DNA of 61,179 nt, the filler included. It is 5 parts of 5 records of this genome, joined end to end, with 100 filler letters (N's around TTAATTAATTAA, not from the genome) between each part and the next. Parts side by side here need not be neighbours in the genome. Positions count along the whole stretch, not along the records: positions 19,548 to 45,674 come from DRR378314_18; positions 45,775 to 54,128 come from DRR378314_21; 3 more parts are not named here. The stretch is one strand, 5' to 3'. The position numbers and the translations under genes are program-made. This document shows, in pieces, positions 40,269-53,000 of the stretch. Position 1 is the stretch's first letter, and the number at the start of each line of letters is the position of its first letter. The notes under the pieces are model-generated. The model saw nothing but the letters and a program-made list of their open reading frames with translations, did not search any database and was not told where the DNA came from.

Positions 40269-42071
40269 TTAAACGATAAAGATAACAGCCGCGCCCGCCA
40301 CCACGAGCATTATCCGCAGCCAAATGGCTTTACGGGCGATGACACCAAACGAAATAGCCGTTAAACCAGCGGCTATTTTTAAACCATCGAGCAAAGCACC
40401 CGCTGGATTAAAAGCAAGCTGAATAACGTCAGGGTTCGCGACCATCGCTAATGGAATGATGTACAACCCTATCCCCAAAGCCATGGCCTTAAGCGCTACT
40501 TTGAGCCAGTTTTCCCCTACCATCCCCGCCGCGATAAACACTCCGCCACAGACAGGCGGCGTAATCGTCGAAAGCAGTGCGTACCAAAACACAAACAGGT
40601 GCGCCAACAACGGCTCTAATCCGAGTGATATAAGCGCTGGCCCCGCCACCGACACACAAATCACATAGGCTGCTGTTGTCGGCACCTCCATGCCCAAAAT
40701 CAGGCAGGCCAGTGCGGTTAACAACAGCGCAGGCCATAGCAGGTCATTTGAGAGCGATAAGATACCCGACGTGATTTTTACGCCAAGGCCTGTTAACGAG
40801 AGCACACCAATCACCAGAGAGGCACACAAAATAATCGCACCAATGGTGGCAATTTGCCGCCCTGCGGTCACCACTGCATCCACTAAGCGATTTGCAAACC
40901 CAGTGATTGAGAAACGCAGCGTAACATCGACCAATAGCAGCGCTGCACCGGCAAATATCGCAATACTAGCGGCATATTGAGGCGTGTATCCGCCGTTAAA
41001 AATACGCTCTAACAGCAGTACAAATGGCACCGCAAAAAAGAGTGATGTGATGAGTACTTCTTTGGCGGCTGGCTGCTCGCTGGCATCAATCGGCTGCAAG
41101 TCATGACGCGTTGCGTAGGCATTAATGCCCATCCATACCGTCAGGAAATAGAGCACGGCCGGTAGCGTTGCTGCTGCCATGATTTGTGTGTAGGGCGTGC
41201 CGGTTAGCTCGACCATGACAAAGGCTCCCGCCCCCATCAGCGGTGGCATTATTTGCCCGCCTGAAGACGCCACCGCTTCTACTGCGCCCGCAAACGAACG
41301 CGGGTAGCGCAAACGTACCATAGAGGGAATCGTAATCGCCCCAGTAGAGGCAACGTTCGCCGAGGCTGAGCCTGAAATGGACCCCATCAGCGCCGACGAA
41401 ATCACCGACACTTTAGCCGCACCACCGGTTAAGCGCCCAGCAACGGCACTCGCTAAATTCATGAAGCCTTGGCCAGCTTCGCCAGCATTAAGCACCGCAC
41501 CAAAGATCACAAAGATAGCCACGACACCCACGCTAACCCCCGTTAGCGAGCCCCATAGCCCCCCTTCCGCAATCGTCAGTGAACCCACCATGCTTTGCAG
41601 TGGCAACCCCGGGTGGCCAAATGCCCCCGGCACATACTGCCCGAAAGCGCCGTAAAGCAGTGCCAATAGCGCAACCAATGGCAGCGGCCAACCGATCGCA
41701 CGCCTTGCCGCCTCCAGGGCCAGCATAATTAAGAAAAGACCAATCGCCATCTGCAGATGGGTATCAATAAAGCCATACTGATTCGCCAGTGAGGCTTCAT
41801 TAAGCGCGATGTAGGCGCAAGCGGCTATCCCTAATAGCGTCAGCCCCCAGCCACTAATGCGCTGAAAAGGGGTTTTAGCCATATAAATCAACACCCAAGG
41901 CAGCAGTAGCGCCATATGCAATGGCCTGCTCACCAGGGCGGGCGTTAAACCGTAAAAAATCAGTCCTAAATGAAACCCAACGCTAATGACACCTAACGCA
42001 ATCCAACCAGGGGACGCCACCGCATTAGGTGTGGCGTTATCAGCCGTCTGAGACGAAAAAAGAGCATGCAT
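40269..42071 (-). CDS. TRAP transporter fused 4TM/12TM permease (TAXI type)
   Basis: GSISGSASANVASTG, ASSGGQIMPPLMGA and ITPPV motifs. Confidence 0.93.
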   Translation of the reverse strand: MHALFSSQTADNATPNAVASPGWIALGVISVGFHLGLIFYGLTPALVSRPLHMALLLPWVLIYMAKTPFQRISGWGLTLLGIAACAYIALNEASLANQYGFIDTHLQMAIGLFLIMLALEAARRAIGWPLPLVALLALLYGAFGQYVPGAFGHPGLPLQSMVGSLTIAEGGLWGSLTGVSVGVVAIFVIFGAVLNAGEAGQGFMNLASAVAGRLTGGAAKVSVISSALMGSISGSASANVASTGAITIPSMVRLRYPRSFAGAVEAVASSGGQIMPPLMGAGAFVMVELTGTPYTQIMAAATLPAVLYFLTVWMGINAYATRHDLQPIDASEQPAAKEVLITSLFFAVPFVLLLERIFNGGYTPQYAASIAIFAGAALLLVDVTLRFSITGFANRLVDAVVTAGRQIATIGAIILCASLVIGVLSLTGLGVKITSGILSLSNDLLWPALLLTALACLILGMEVPTTAAYVICVSVAGPALISLGLEPLLAHLFVFWYALLSTITPPVCGGVFIAAGMVGENWLKVALKAMALGIGLYIIPLAMVANPDVIQLAFNPAGALLDGLKIAAGLTAISFGVIARKAIWLRIMLVVAGAAVIFIV

Positions 42072-42158
42072 GCCGAGTTGCCTATCCCTATAAAACGACG
42101 CAACGGCCTACAGACCGTTGCGTATTATCAGTGCCAAAAAACGCTGCTAAGGCAGCCT

Positions 42159-43136
42159 TTATCGAAGAGCGTCAGGCACATCGACTCCCGCTTCTTCATA
42201 ATAACGCAGTGCACCGGGGTGCAGCGTACCGGTCATATTACTCAGCATGTCGGGCGAGATACTGCTCCACCAAGCCGTTTCTTCAGCCATGGCATCGCGA
42301 CGCTCCCAGAAGGTTTTTGTCAGGGCATACGCGGTATCGTCATCCATTTGTGAAGTTGTATAAGCGATGACCGGCAGCGACGTGGTTTGAACATCCTCAT
42401 CCACACCTGGGTACGTGCCACCAGGAATCGTCTGACGAGCAGCGCCTGTTTGCGCTATCTGCTCATCGCTAAAGCTAACCAAGCTGATTGGCATGCTGGC
42501 AGCCGTTTCAATAACATTCGGGGTTGGGAAGGAGCTGGCCGTCACAAAGGCATCAATCTGACCATTTTTTAACGCATCTGGCCCACTTCCAATAGAAGCG
42601 TCAGCAACACGTACTTTCTCTTCCAGCCCAAACAGCTCTAGATACCGAGTAGCTTCCCGAGCGCCAAAAGTACCTCGGCCGATTAAGATGTGCTTATCTT
42701 CAAGCGCCGCCATATCGGTCACACCGCCATCGCCTGCGATCACAAAATGCATGGTGATAGAGGGAATAGGAAATAGGCCACGAATTTCTTGGAAACGAGG
42801 ATGCTGACGCTCGGCAAAAGCCCCTTCCCCAGCCATAGCCTGTTCAACTAAGGCTGGCGGCGTAGTGAATACATAGTTACCTTGCCGAGCCATCACCTCC
42901 ATCACGTTCTGAACTGAGCCCTGGCTCTCTTCTAGTGTCAGGATGATGGCATCGTCAGTGCCTTGGCGCACTGCCTCAGAGAGTTCAACACCCATCTGGT
43001 AATAGGCGGTTCCCGCCGATGCTGATTTATAGGTAACCCGTGTTTCTGCTTGTGCTGTCATTGCCGCAGCGGCAAGGGCAAGCGTGGCAGCCGAGACGCC
43101 TAATGTGCGATAAAGGGAGCGAACTGAGTGGTGCAT
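42159..43136 (-). CDS. TAXI family TRAP solute-binding protein
   Basis: Signal peptide; GTAYY, GSVQN and LHPGALRYYEE motifs. Confidence 0.92.
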   Translation of the reverse strand: MHHSVRSLYRTLGVSAATLALAAAAMTAQAETRVTYKSASAGTAYYQMGVELSEAVRQGTDDAIILTLEESQGSVQNVMEVMARQGNYVFTTPPALVEQAMAGEGAFAERQHPRFQEIRGLFPIPSITMHFVIAGDGGVTDMAALEDKHILIGRGTFGAREATRYLELFGLEEKVRVADASIGSGPDALKNGQIDAFVTASSFPTPNVIETAASMPISLVSFSDEQIAQTGAARQTIPGGTYPGVDEDVQTTSLPVIAYTTSQMDDDTAYALTKTFWERRDAMAEETAWWSSISPDMLSNMTGTLHPGALRYYEEAGVDVPDALR

Positions 43137-43577
43137 ATGAGTTCCTTAACGTGTCCAACGGCCAGCTGTGTGGCCTCGTTTTTATTGACTGAAAGCGATG
43201 ACAAAGGCTAAATTCCAAGCCTTTAGACGCGACATAATGATCAACCATACCAACGCAGCCATCAATATGGTCGCGCATGCTGCTCAATGTTATTACCGCC
43301 TGAAGATCGACCCACAAGCCGCAAATATACCAACAAAGCGACGGAGACCAACAAATATCGTAAATCTATTATGTTTATCTGATTTATGATTAAACTCTTT
43401 ACATTTATTTGGCCATTTTACTATTAGCTAAACGGATAATTTCCAAAAAAAAGACGTAATAACTTGCTTATCAAAGCATTTCATTCGGTTTAATTACGTA
43501 TTGCAATGCAATATAACTTGTTAAACTAACGCCGCTTATTCCCCCTACCTTTTAACCAATATAAGGATAAATACGCC

Positions 43578-45056
43578 ATGCCGACGTTACATAATGACCC
43601 AGGCCAGCTCCGAGTTTCTCGTTGCTGGCCTTTTTTGTTAGCAGCCTTATTATTATGCATGAGTCCTTCCGCTTTTGCAGTGACTGGAGATATCGACTTA
43701 ACCTCTTCAACCGTCGGATTTTTTGCCGTAGCAATCTTCGTGCTTGCCTATGCCTTAGTAATGGCAGAAGAAAAGATCCACATGCGTAAGTCTAAACCGG
43801 TACTGGTTGCTGCCGGTATTATTTGGGGACTCATTGGCTGGGTGTACGTCCAAAACGGCATGTCCGATACGTCAGAGCATGCGTTTCGTGTGACACTTTT
43901 GGAGTTCACCGAGCTAATGCTGTTCCTGTTGGTAGCCATGACGTATATCAACGCCATGGAGGAGCGCCGTGTATTTGACGCCCTTCGCTCGTGGATGCTG
44001 CGCAAAGGCTTTAGCTACCGCCAGCTATTCTGGCTAACGGGCGGCCTTGCCTTTGTACTCTCTCCCATTGCCGATAACTTAACTACAGCGCTACTAATGT
44101 GTGCCGTTATCACCAAGGTTGCTGAAGGAGATAAACGCTTCATTAATCTCGCCTGTATCAACGTTGTGGTAGCCGCCAATGCCGGTGGTGCCTTTAGCCC
44201 CTTCGGCGATATCACCACGCTGATGGTCTGGCAAGCCGGTATTATCCAGTTCCAGGAATTTTTCATCCTCTTCCTGCCTGCCTTGGTAAACTTCCTGATT
44301 CCTGCGGTCATCATGAGTATATTTATTAAGGATCAGAAGCCCAGCAGCGTTTATGAAGATGTATGGCTCAAACGCGGTGCACGGCGAATTATTGCGCTGT
44401 TTTTGATCACTATTGCCACTGCTGTGCTGTGCCATACGCTGCTGCACTTGCCGCCGGTACTCGGCATGATGACGGGTCTTGGCTACCTACAGTTTTTCGG
44501 CTATTACCTACGTCGCAGCCTGCCTCGCTCACTGGAACGCAAGCGTGAACGCTACAGCCGCCAAGGCGATAATAAAAAGCTTGAGCAGTTGGGTGGCGTG
44601 GTGCCGTTTGATGTTTTCAATCGTGTCGCCCGCGCCGAGTGGGACACACTGCTGTTCTTCTACGGGGTGGTTATGTGCGTAGGCGGCCTTGGCTTTATGG
44701 GCTACCTTGGACTGCTTTCCGAAGCGCTTTACACCGGCTGGAACGCCACCTGGGCCAATATTATCTTGGGGGTTGTGTCAGCAGTAGTCGATAACATTCC
44801 GGTAATGTTTGCAGTTCTGACCATGGAACCGGAAATGTCCCACGGGCACTGGCTACTGATTACGTTAACGGCCGGCGTGGGGGGAAGCTTGCTCTCCATT
44901 GGCTCGGCAGCAGGGGTTGCCGTGATGGGGCAAGCGCGTGGCGCTTATACCTTTATGGGCCACCTACGCTGGGCACCGGCTATTTTTCTAGGCTACGTCG
45001 CCAGTATCATTGTGCATATGTGGCTTAACGCCAATAGCTTCACCGTCTTTGGTTAA
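43578..45056 (+). CDS. nhaD: Na+/H+ antiporter NhaD
   Basis: KSKPVLVAAG, ADNLTTAL, GGAFSPFGDITTLM and GSLLSIGSAAGV motifs. Confidence 0.94.
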   Translation: MPTLHNDPGQLRVSRCWPFLLAALLLCMSPSAFAVTGDIDLTSSTVGFFAVAIFVLAYALVMAEEKIHMRKSKPVLVAAGIIWGLIGWVYVQNGMSDTSEHAFRVTLLEFTELMLFLLVAMTYINAMEERRVFDALRSWMLRKGFSYRQLFWLTGGLAFVLSPIADNLTTALLMCAVITKVAEGDKRFINLACINVVVAANAGGAFSPFGDITTLMVWQAGIIQFQEFFILFLPALVNFLIPAVIMSIFIKDQKPSSVYEDVWLKRGARRIIALFLITIATAVLCHTLLHLPPVLGMMTGLGYLQFFGYYLRRSLPRSLERKRERYSRQGDNKKLEQLGGVVPFDVFNRVARAEWDTLLFFYGVVMCVGGLGFMGYLGLLSEALYTGWNATWANIILGVVSAVVDNIPVMFAVLTMEPEMSHGHWLLITLTAGVGGSLLSIGSAAGVAVMGQARGAYTFMGHLRWAPAIFLGYVASIIVHMWLNANSFTVFG

Positions 45057-45076
45057 CGAACGGTTGACACCAGTTC

Positions 45077-45117
45077 AAGCCCGCGTCACGCGCTAACAAG
45101 TGCTGCGCGGGCTTTTT
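45077..45117. terminator. Terminator after nhaD
   Basis: aagcccgcg...cgcgggcttttt. Confidence 0.75.
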
Positions 45118-45674
45118 AGTACGCCTCAAATAAATACTCAATTGGCGTCGGGCGGCCAAATAAATAGCCCTGATAGCGGTAACAGCCATGTCCTTTAAGC
45201 CAATCAAACTGCTCTTTTTTCTCGACGCCTTCAGCCACTACGGTTAAACCGAGACTGACCGCTAAAAGAATCGTGGTATCCACAATCGCCGCATCGGTTT
45301 TGTCCGTTAATAATTCGCGAATAAACGACTGATCGATCTTTAGCTCGTCCAACGGTAAGCGTTTCAGGTAGCTCAGCGACGAGTAGCCCGTGCCAAAATC
45401 ATCCAGCGCGAAGCGAATACCTTGGGAACGAAGCTTTAACATGGTGCTGCGTACTCGCGTGGGTTCGCTCATCAATAGGCTCTCCGTCACTTCCAGCACC
45501 AAACGACTCGGCGGTGCCTGGGTTAGTGCTAACAAGCTTTCTACATCGCGTACGAACCCAGGCTGCTGGAACTGCACCGAACTCACGTTAACGGAGATAG
45601 TGAGTGCCTCATAAGCAGGCTGCTGCGCCCATTTTGCTAATTGTTCACAGGCTAATTTCAACACCCAGTGCCCA
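45116..45674 (-). CDS. EAL-domain c-di-GMP phosphodiesterase, C-terminal fragment
   Basis: SVNVS, LEVTES, DDFGTGYSSL, KIDQSF, AEGVE and QGYLF motifs; truncated by the contig end. Confidence 0.92.
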
Positions 45675-45774
45675 NNNNNNNNNNNNNNNNNNNNNNNNNN
45701 NNNNNNNNNNNNNNNNNNTTAATTAATTAANNNNNNNNNNNNNNNNNNNNNNNNNNNNNNNNNNNNNNNNNNNN
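45675..45774. other. Artificial contig spacer
   Basis: 44 N + TTAATTAATTAA + 44 N. Confidence 0.98.
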
Positions 45775-45960
45775 AGGGGATAGGCGACGCGAGACGTTGC
45801 TGCCGTGTTTCTCGCCCACGTACTCCCTTTCGTGGCGTTGCTGGACATTGTCACTGCCTTCAAGAAGCGACCAAGCTCCTGTACCGACCTCGTGTACTTC
45901 CTTTCTGAACGTTTGCGTGGTCTCTATTCTCTTTTTGCAATATTGGCGATTGGTTTACAG

Positions 45961-48921
45961 GGATTTCCGATTATCGACGACAGCGGTGCAGAGCGTGGGA
46001 TTCTTGAGGTCGGGGTTATTCCTGTGGACGAGTACGGCGATGAAATGGACGATGTCTTTTACGACGAGCCAAGCGAGATGGTTGGCAATTCGCTGCGGAT
46101 CAAGGTGCGGAAGCCCAAGTCTACAGTGGCTACCTTGTATGAGCGCATGGCGCTGGCAGAGTATAGGCGCTTTGATGATAGTGTTTTTGTGGGAAGTTGG
46201 CGCTTGTTCGCATAGGGTATCGGCGATGTTTGTCCTCGATCATGGCTTTGAAGCTCACGTGGAAACTCACGGATGTGACGCACAATTTCCTACTTCGTCG
46301 CGAAGGAAGTCAAGTCCGCGGTATTCCTGCGGCGATTGGAGTAGTATATGAGCTGGCATCGGCTCTCAGATCCATTCCTCATTTGCTTGTTCCGAGAAGA
46401 GCGAGCCGCGATCGACGTGGCGGCCATGTGGGCTTGCGCGCAGCTCTGCATCTTTATGCCACCATTTGGATGCGGGTGGACTGGTACTATGATACAACCC
46501 TTTGGAATATCTGCATACTTTGGGGGTATCCCGCGAAGGTGGGAATAAGATAGTTTGCATAATTATCAACTTTTTATTTGAACGACAGGCTTTCGCAGGG
46601 TTAGGGGCACAATGGCATGATGCGGCGTGTAGCCAGTTGTACTTGCGACGTGGGATTCGTGGCGATTTGGGTTGAAGAGGAGGCGATGCAACATGCGTTT
46701 GCTTTCGCCCAGCGTAACCAATGTAGCTTGTCATCTCCTAATTCTTCTTGGATGGGCGCGCTTCATTGCTGTCCGGGACAATAAAATAAAATTAAATGTG
46801 CATTGATTTGCAGGTCGTCGTCAAGGGAGCAAAGGGCTTGCCGGATAGTTTCTGCAAGAACGTTTATGTTGCATTTTCGGTTCCCGGCGAAGAAGGAACG
46901 GTGCGAACGCCTGCAACGGAGAAGTCGTCGATCAACCCGCTGCTGAACTACGAAAAGGTACGCGCCGCCGCGTGAAGGCGCACGAGCAAAGCAAGAAGGT
47001 AATGGAATCGGCCCCAGAGTGGGAGGAGGAATGCTGTACTGTATGCTGTTTCCGCCCTCAATGCTCAGCATCCGGTCATGTTTGCTTCCACTGAATGCAG
47101 GTCTTCGAGTTTGATAGTGTCGAACAGGAAATTGTGGATTACTTGTCCGAGGAAACAATGGTCTTCAAGGTGTTTGGCGCGCTAGACGAGAAACGCGAAA
47201 CGAAGAGGTACGAGATGTCTGGCCCACTTGTTGTGCATGGATGGGACAGCCCACGGGAAAGTCGAGAGCTGCCGCTGTCAGGGCGAGGTTGCTGGCTTCT
47301 TGCATGTTTCTCTTTGCTGACAGAGAGTTGGTGCTTCTGTCTGCCCCTTTGCGTGAAAAAAAAAGGAAAACGCGGGCGATTTCGCAGAAAGTACTGCTGC
47401 CTTCCGTCTCGCCAGCGTCACCGCGCGATCGCCCGTCGCGCGCCTCTTCGGCCTCTTCTGGAACGGCCACGCCCGAGCCCAAGGTACGCGACTGCAAGTG
47501 TTTGTCGCATGTTGTGATGGGCGTGTTGATAAAACTTGCTCACGCAAAATGCGTCTACCCGTAGCATTTTGGGGGATATTGGTTCCGTACGACCACGACA
47601 TTCGCGCTCCCAATGCGCAGAGCTGTTCGCTGGACGATGAAGCTGGCACAGTTGTAGATTTGTGTCTCTCTCGCTTGTTGCTTTTTTTTTTTTCTGTGCG
47701 CATCCTGCGCTGGGCGTATGGCATATCGCGACGGCATGTGCGTTATGGGTCGCCGTTTGCACGCGACTCGCTCATCTTTCGATATCCTTACGGCTCGCTT
47801 CGGTCTTGTTACTGCGGCTATTGTGCGATGTCTAGCGCTCCGTGGAGTTTGCACCCATGTCCCCGGTTTCGCAAGCCTCGGATGCCTTTTCGACTCTATC
47901 GATGTCTGACGTTCCATACGATCAGCGTGATGTTGATCCTGTGACCGGAACGCGCATCACGTCGGAGGAGCTGGAAGAAATCTATCACATCCTCACCCAG
48001 CCTTCGATTTTTGCCAAGTACTCAACGAAAGGCGATCGGCAGTACAAGTGCGTTGCGTTTCTGGTGCAGCGGGTGCTGAATGCTCGCGCTGCGGTCGGCG
48101 AAAACAGTCGCTTGCTTCCTCGCCCGTCCAACGCAAGTCTTTTTCAAAATCCGTGGCGTTGCTGTTATGTTGCAAGATGGGGCCAATACTAAGTGTGTGC
48201 CATTGTTGTCCGTCCATGTAGGCAAGTTTTTGTTGACGAGGAGCTGCAAGACCTTCACTGGACTGACCTTGACTTTAAGAAGAATCCACGTAAGATTGCA
48301 CTTCGTGGTACGTGCGGCAGGCCGCAATATACGGGTAGGCGTTCTGCAAGGCGTCTTGCATGAGGCTCCCGGAACATCCTGTCCTTTGCGTTCGTATGTA
48401 TAGGCGTGCACGGGCATGCTTCGTGTAAACGGTGGCAGCTGCTGTGCCGCCGAGGAAAGGAGGGGTTTGAGCTTCCATTTTTTTCTCTATACGAATGGAG
48501 AGGTGCCATAGCACGAGCATGGAAAATCCTCTGAGCACTTTGGATGCGTTTGATGTCATAGTGGGTGCGCGACAATATTTCTCTCGCATTACTTTGTATT
48601 TTACACGTGCTTATCGACTGGGGCGTATCGCAGAGTTTGCTGGAGTGCGCCCTATTGTCGCGGGTTTTGCCACGCATTGCTGCCTGTGAGTGCATTCTTC
48701 GTTTGTGTTGTGGGGTTTCCCTTTGCAAGCGCGTTTTTTTTGTCCTCATGCGCAACGAGCTGCCGGTAAGAATGTTGATGTTTTCTTTTTTCTTCACTAC
48801 TTTTGTGTCGCGCGGACCTTGCAGAGGTGAAAGAGCTCAAGGACGGGCGAGAGACGAGTACATTTTCGTCCAGCCGAGCGCACTCGATGACGCTGCGTGC
48901 GGCACGGAGGAAGTCAAAGAT
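45961..48921 (+). CDS. Spliced eukaryotic gene fragment: kinesin-3 (KIF28-like) tail with C2-like domain; 5' part beyond contig, 3' end uncertain
   Basis: Well-supported exons 45961-46104, 46814-46957 and 47101-47207: GFPIIDDSGAERGILEVGVIPVDEYGDE...EPSEMVGNSLRIK-VVVKGAKGLP..CKNVYV...INPLLNYEK-VFEF...DYL....VFKVFG. Later candidate exons near 47.3-47.5, 47.8-48.05 and 48.8-48.9 kb are less certain. Confidence 0.6.
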
Positions 48922-50057
48922 GGTACGGCCGATTCCGGCTCGGTCTTATGGCCCTTGCTCGCCAGTTGGCGCGTTTTCTTGCTGGGCGCTGCAGTCTGCT
49001 ATGAGGCTGTTGTTACGATTTCCCGGAAGCGGCACCTGCGAGTGTACTGGACCTAGTGTCGCATCTTATGGCATTCTTTTGTTCTGTGGTTGTTTTGCGG
49101 GCGTGCTTATGGCGGCGGTTTTGTGTTTTCGCGTATGTTGGGGGCCTCCTGTTTTGTTCGTTGTAGTCGTTCTCGAAAAAGTCTACGCACGATCTCGTTC
49201 GTCACACTGTGAGCAACAGCTTCTCCATCATCGCGGCTGAGCGCTCGCTTGATCTCGAAGCGGAAAATTCGAGCAAGAAGGAGGCGTGGTGTCGCTGCTT
49301 CCGGTATGTTGTTGCGCGTGTACGGCACTCATATTTAAATTCTTTTTAGCACACGGAGTTACAGCTTGGCTACGTATGAAACAAGCCACCGCTGCGCGCG
49401 AGCGAAGCCAATAGCTTTCTAGTCGCGGTATTGTGCACAAGCGTTTTGCGGGATTAGCGCTCGCATGGCCTCGCTAACGCCTTGCGGTTTTAGCATCAAA
49501 AAGGTGCTGGGCATGTCCTGGGCGTGACCGCCGGTGCTAATCGAATCGCCAATTTTTTAATTCCGCCTCTTGCTTTTCTTCTCTTGCAGGAATCTCTTGC
49601 GTCACCTTGCAGAAAAGGCAGAGTGATTCTGAGGTGGCTCGTGTACTCCGGTGTCTCGTTTGCACAGTGAATTGTTCTTGTTCAGCCGTTTTGTTTCCGG
49701 CACACCTTGGCTACGTGCGGGGACGCACATGCAGAGCTGAATACATGGACTTTGTTCCACGGGTTAGACCTGTATCCGCAGTCATTCACGTGGATCTTTG
49801 GCGAGGCATGCACGGGCACGTTCCTCGACGCGGGGCAAGGAAAGGGGCGGGTGAAGACGATGGCCACGCCGGGGCTGGATGCATCGTTCACGTGCACTCC
49901 TGCGCAATCGCGTGCGAGAAGAGGGGGCCGACAGGGCGGCATCATTTCATGTAGTCACGAACAGGCATCTTCGCCGCGCTTGGACAAACGCCAGGCTACG
50001 TATTCATGGCACCTGTCCGGGCAAGGGGGGAACACCATTCAGCGAAGCCGGTCAAGA

Positions 50058-53000
50058 CTAGCTGCGCGCTTGCAGGGCCATCTGCTCCTTTTCGATGAGG
50101 TGGACGCTGCGCGATACATGCTTGAGCAGCTGGGAAAGGCTCGAGCTCTGCATGGACCCGAGGGAGAGGATGCACCAGCGTCCGATACACGGTGATCAGT
50201 GGGGCTACAATGCAGGGGATGCGGGTTGCAGCTCCGGTCCGAATTTCAGTCACCTGCCAAATGCGGCGGACGCAGGGGAGTGCTGCAGGCACCCGCCGCA
50301 TACAGCCGGAGCAGCTCATATTGCCTCCACACATACAGCAACCGCAACCACATCATGCAACACGAGCCCGAGGACAACATGGTCCCTAACCTGACAAAGA
50401 GGATTGTCGTAACTAGAGCAACCCAACGAGATCTTTGCCGCACGTATGCGTACCCATTCATCAAGGACATTGACGGCGCCTTTGGCTTTCTGAAACGAGA
50501 TCACGTTGGCAGGGCGGTTGGTGCGGGCGAACAGCATGCCCGAGACGACTGCATCCGAAAGGTGGGTCTCGGCTTCGTCCTCGGAGACACCCAGAAGCTC
50601 GGCAAACCTCGAGGTGGTAATATTTGTGTAATATCCTGCAATCACGCGCATATTGTGCTCAATCACGCGCGAGCGGAAGTCGTTCCAGCGCGCATCTGCA
50701 GCGACGCCGTCGGCGGTGAAAGCATGCAGCTTTGCACGCAAACACGGCGGCGAGCACGAGGGGACAAAAAGGCAAGGCAAGGGGCACGCTCGCGCGTAAC
50801 CCAGCGAGCAGCGAAGGGATGGTTGAGACACGATAGCCACGCCGCGGGTGCACACTAAGCTCCGTGTTGCAGCGGGGGAAACGGATCTCATGCGGGGCTA
50901 ATGTACCCTGACCTAGGCATCATGACCGTACGGCGTCGGCCTATGCTGTGGCGAACGGCAGGGTTTACGGGCAGTACGGCACTTTTGCAAATGTGAGCTG
51001 CCCCGCGTCTACCTCATGGCATCTCACCCGCATGCAAATGATTTGCGCACTTGCTTGAGAGGCCGTATAGTTCAGCTCCTGCTTGCAAAATTCTACGAGC
51101 ATGACGCTCCCAATCTCGCAAACAGAGGCGAATACGCAGCTACTTGAACGATTTCGTTGTCAAGATACTGCGATAGACAATGCGAGCTATGATAGGGATC
51201 CCACACCACAACGCGCGATGTGCGAGTGCTGGCGAGTCATAGACGCTGGACAAGACTGCATGGACAAACATGTGCAACGCTGTCGCAAACACGAACAGCA
51301 GCTCAGGGTACAGCGTCAGGGTAAGCTGGGCGCACATACCGTGATCAGCTCGTTCCTGAACTTGGTCTCCAACGCCTTCCACATGATGATTTCCTTGGTG
51401 GAGAAGAGCTTCAAAAGATATCTACAGCAGCACGGCGCGGAGCAGCGAGCAAAGTGGACACGTGTGCGAATTGGTACCGGAGCAGGATACGCGGTTCTAT
51501 GAAGAGGTCGTATTTCGAACGAGTCTGCATGTACTGGGGCGCCGCGAACGAGCCGGCAGGCCTCTCCATTGCGAACGTGCATGCGTGAAACTATTGGCGA
51601 GCACTTCCAACCACTGAAAACTTGCGGATATGTACATCGCAGCAGTACGGGGCAAATCGACGGCCCAGTACCCAGCACAACATGGCAGGCAAACGTGGCA
51701 CAGTAGTTCTACCAGGAAACGCAAATCCTGGGCGGCAGCTCGTAAAAACGAATGCGCAACCACTGTTGCAGGCATTTACCAAGATGTTGACACGGAAACC
51801 GTCGAGCGTCGCCGAAATACAGCGATCATGTACAAGACGCAATCAAAAGCTCCATGAAGTCTTCATTCGACTGTCTCTCTAGCTTGCGCGTGCGAAGATA
51901 GGGAGGCGCCACAGAGCAGGTACACGGTGCACGGCGGTGACTGACATGCACCCTCGTGGCGAACGCACTTGTAGTCGTCCATGTACTCCAGTCGTTTCTC
52001 TTTCACCAGTCGGTGCAGCAGATCATGTTGTTTGTCGTCCTGCTTTGCGAGGAGGCAGTACATCACCGTGTTCTTCAGCGCGGGTTTGTACAGGTGTTCG
52101 TCGGCTTGCGAAATGTCCGTCAAGAAAATCGCATGGAACGACCGTGCCATTTCCATGTAGTCGTCTTTGTGCCCGTGCAGGCGAATCAGCAGCTCGTGAT
52201 ACCGAATTTTCAAATCCTGCGTTCATACAATACAGAAAGAGGGACGATGATAAGCAACAAACAGACGCAGTAATACTATGGAATAGCAAGCAGAGACGAG
52301 AATCTCGCACGCGGGAAGCTTTTCGGACACGGATGGCGTCCGCTGGTGCTGCCAGTATCGATTGGCATATCCAACAAAGCCGGTATTTGAAGATTGTTTT
52401 TTTGTACAAGATAGAATAACAAATTGTGACAACGCGAATAGAGGCGTTCACACTCAAGCAGCTTCGAGGATCTTGTACGCGCTGAGCGCGAGTGCAGGCG
52501 TTCTCCTTGCTCCGCCGCGCCGCGCTCCCAAAGACTGACCGTTGGGTTGGAAGGGCGCCTGATGCCAGGAATTCGGAAACGTCGCTCGTCGATACAAACA
52601 GTATGCGAAGAGAGTTTGCGTCGTACCCGCCTAAGCAAGTGTCTATCCCAACAGACGACGACAGCCATCGAGCAAAGCGGTCGAGAAGGAGCGCGCACAG
52701 ACGGCAGAGACGGGGCTACTGGAAGAGAGACGAACGGCATACCTCGATTTCCTTGTGGTCAAACGACTTGACGTTCACTTTGTTTGCAATAATTGCCGCG
52801 CGAACGTAGTCCTTGATATCAAGACATAATCTGCACGCGAATAAAGATAGCAGTGCCGGTACCGAGGTGGCACTCAGCAGAATGACGGAGGGATTTGCGG
52901 GGTGGAACGGAGGGCGAGCCGAGGTCACACGCGCGGCTCCCCTCCGTGCTGCGCTACAAGCGCGTTCGATGCACCCCGTCCGTCGCGCATGTCGCAAAGC

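Noticed and set aside
43140..43577. Possible riboswitch or sRNA upstream of nhaD
   Set aside because: AT-rich divergent promoter region with no recognisable conserved structure by eye; an Rfam cmscan would be needed.
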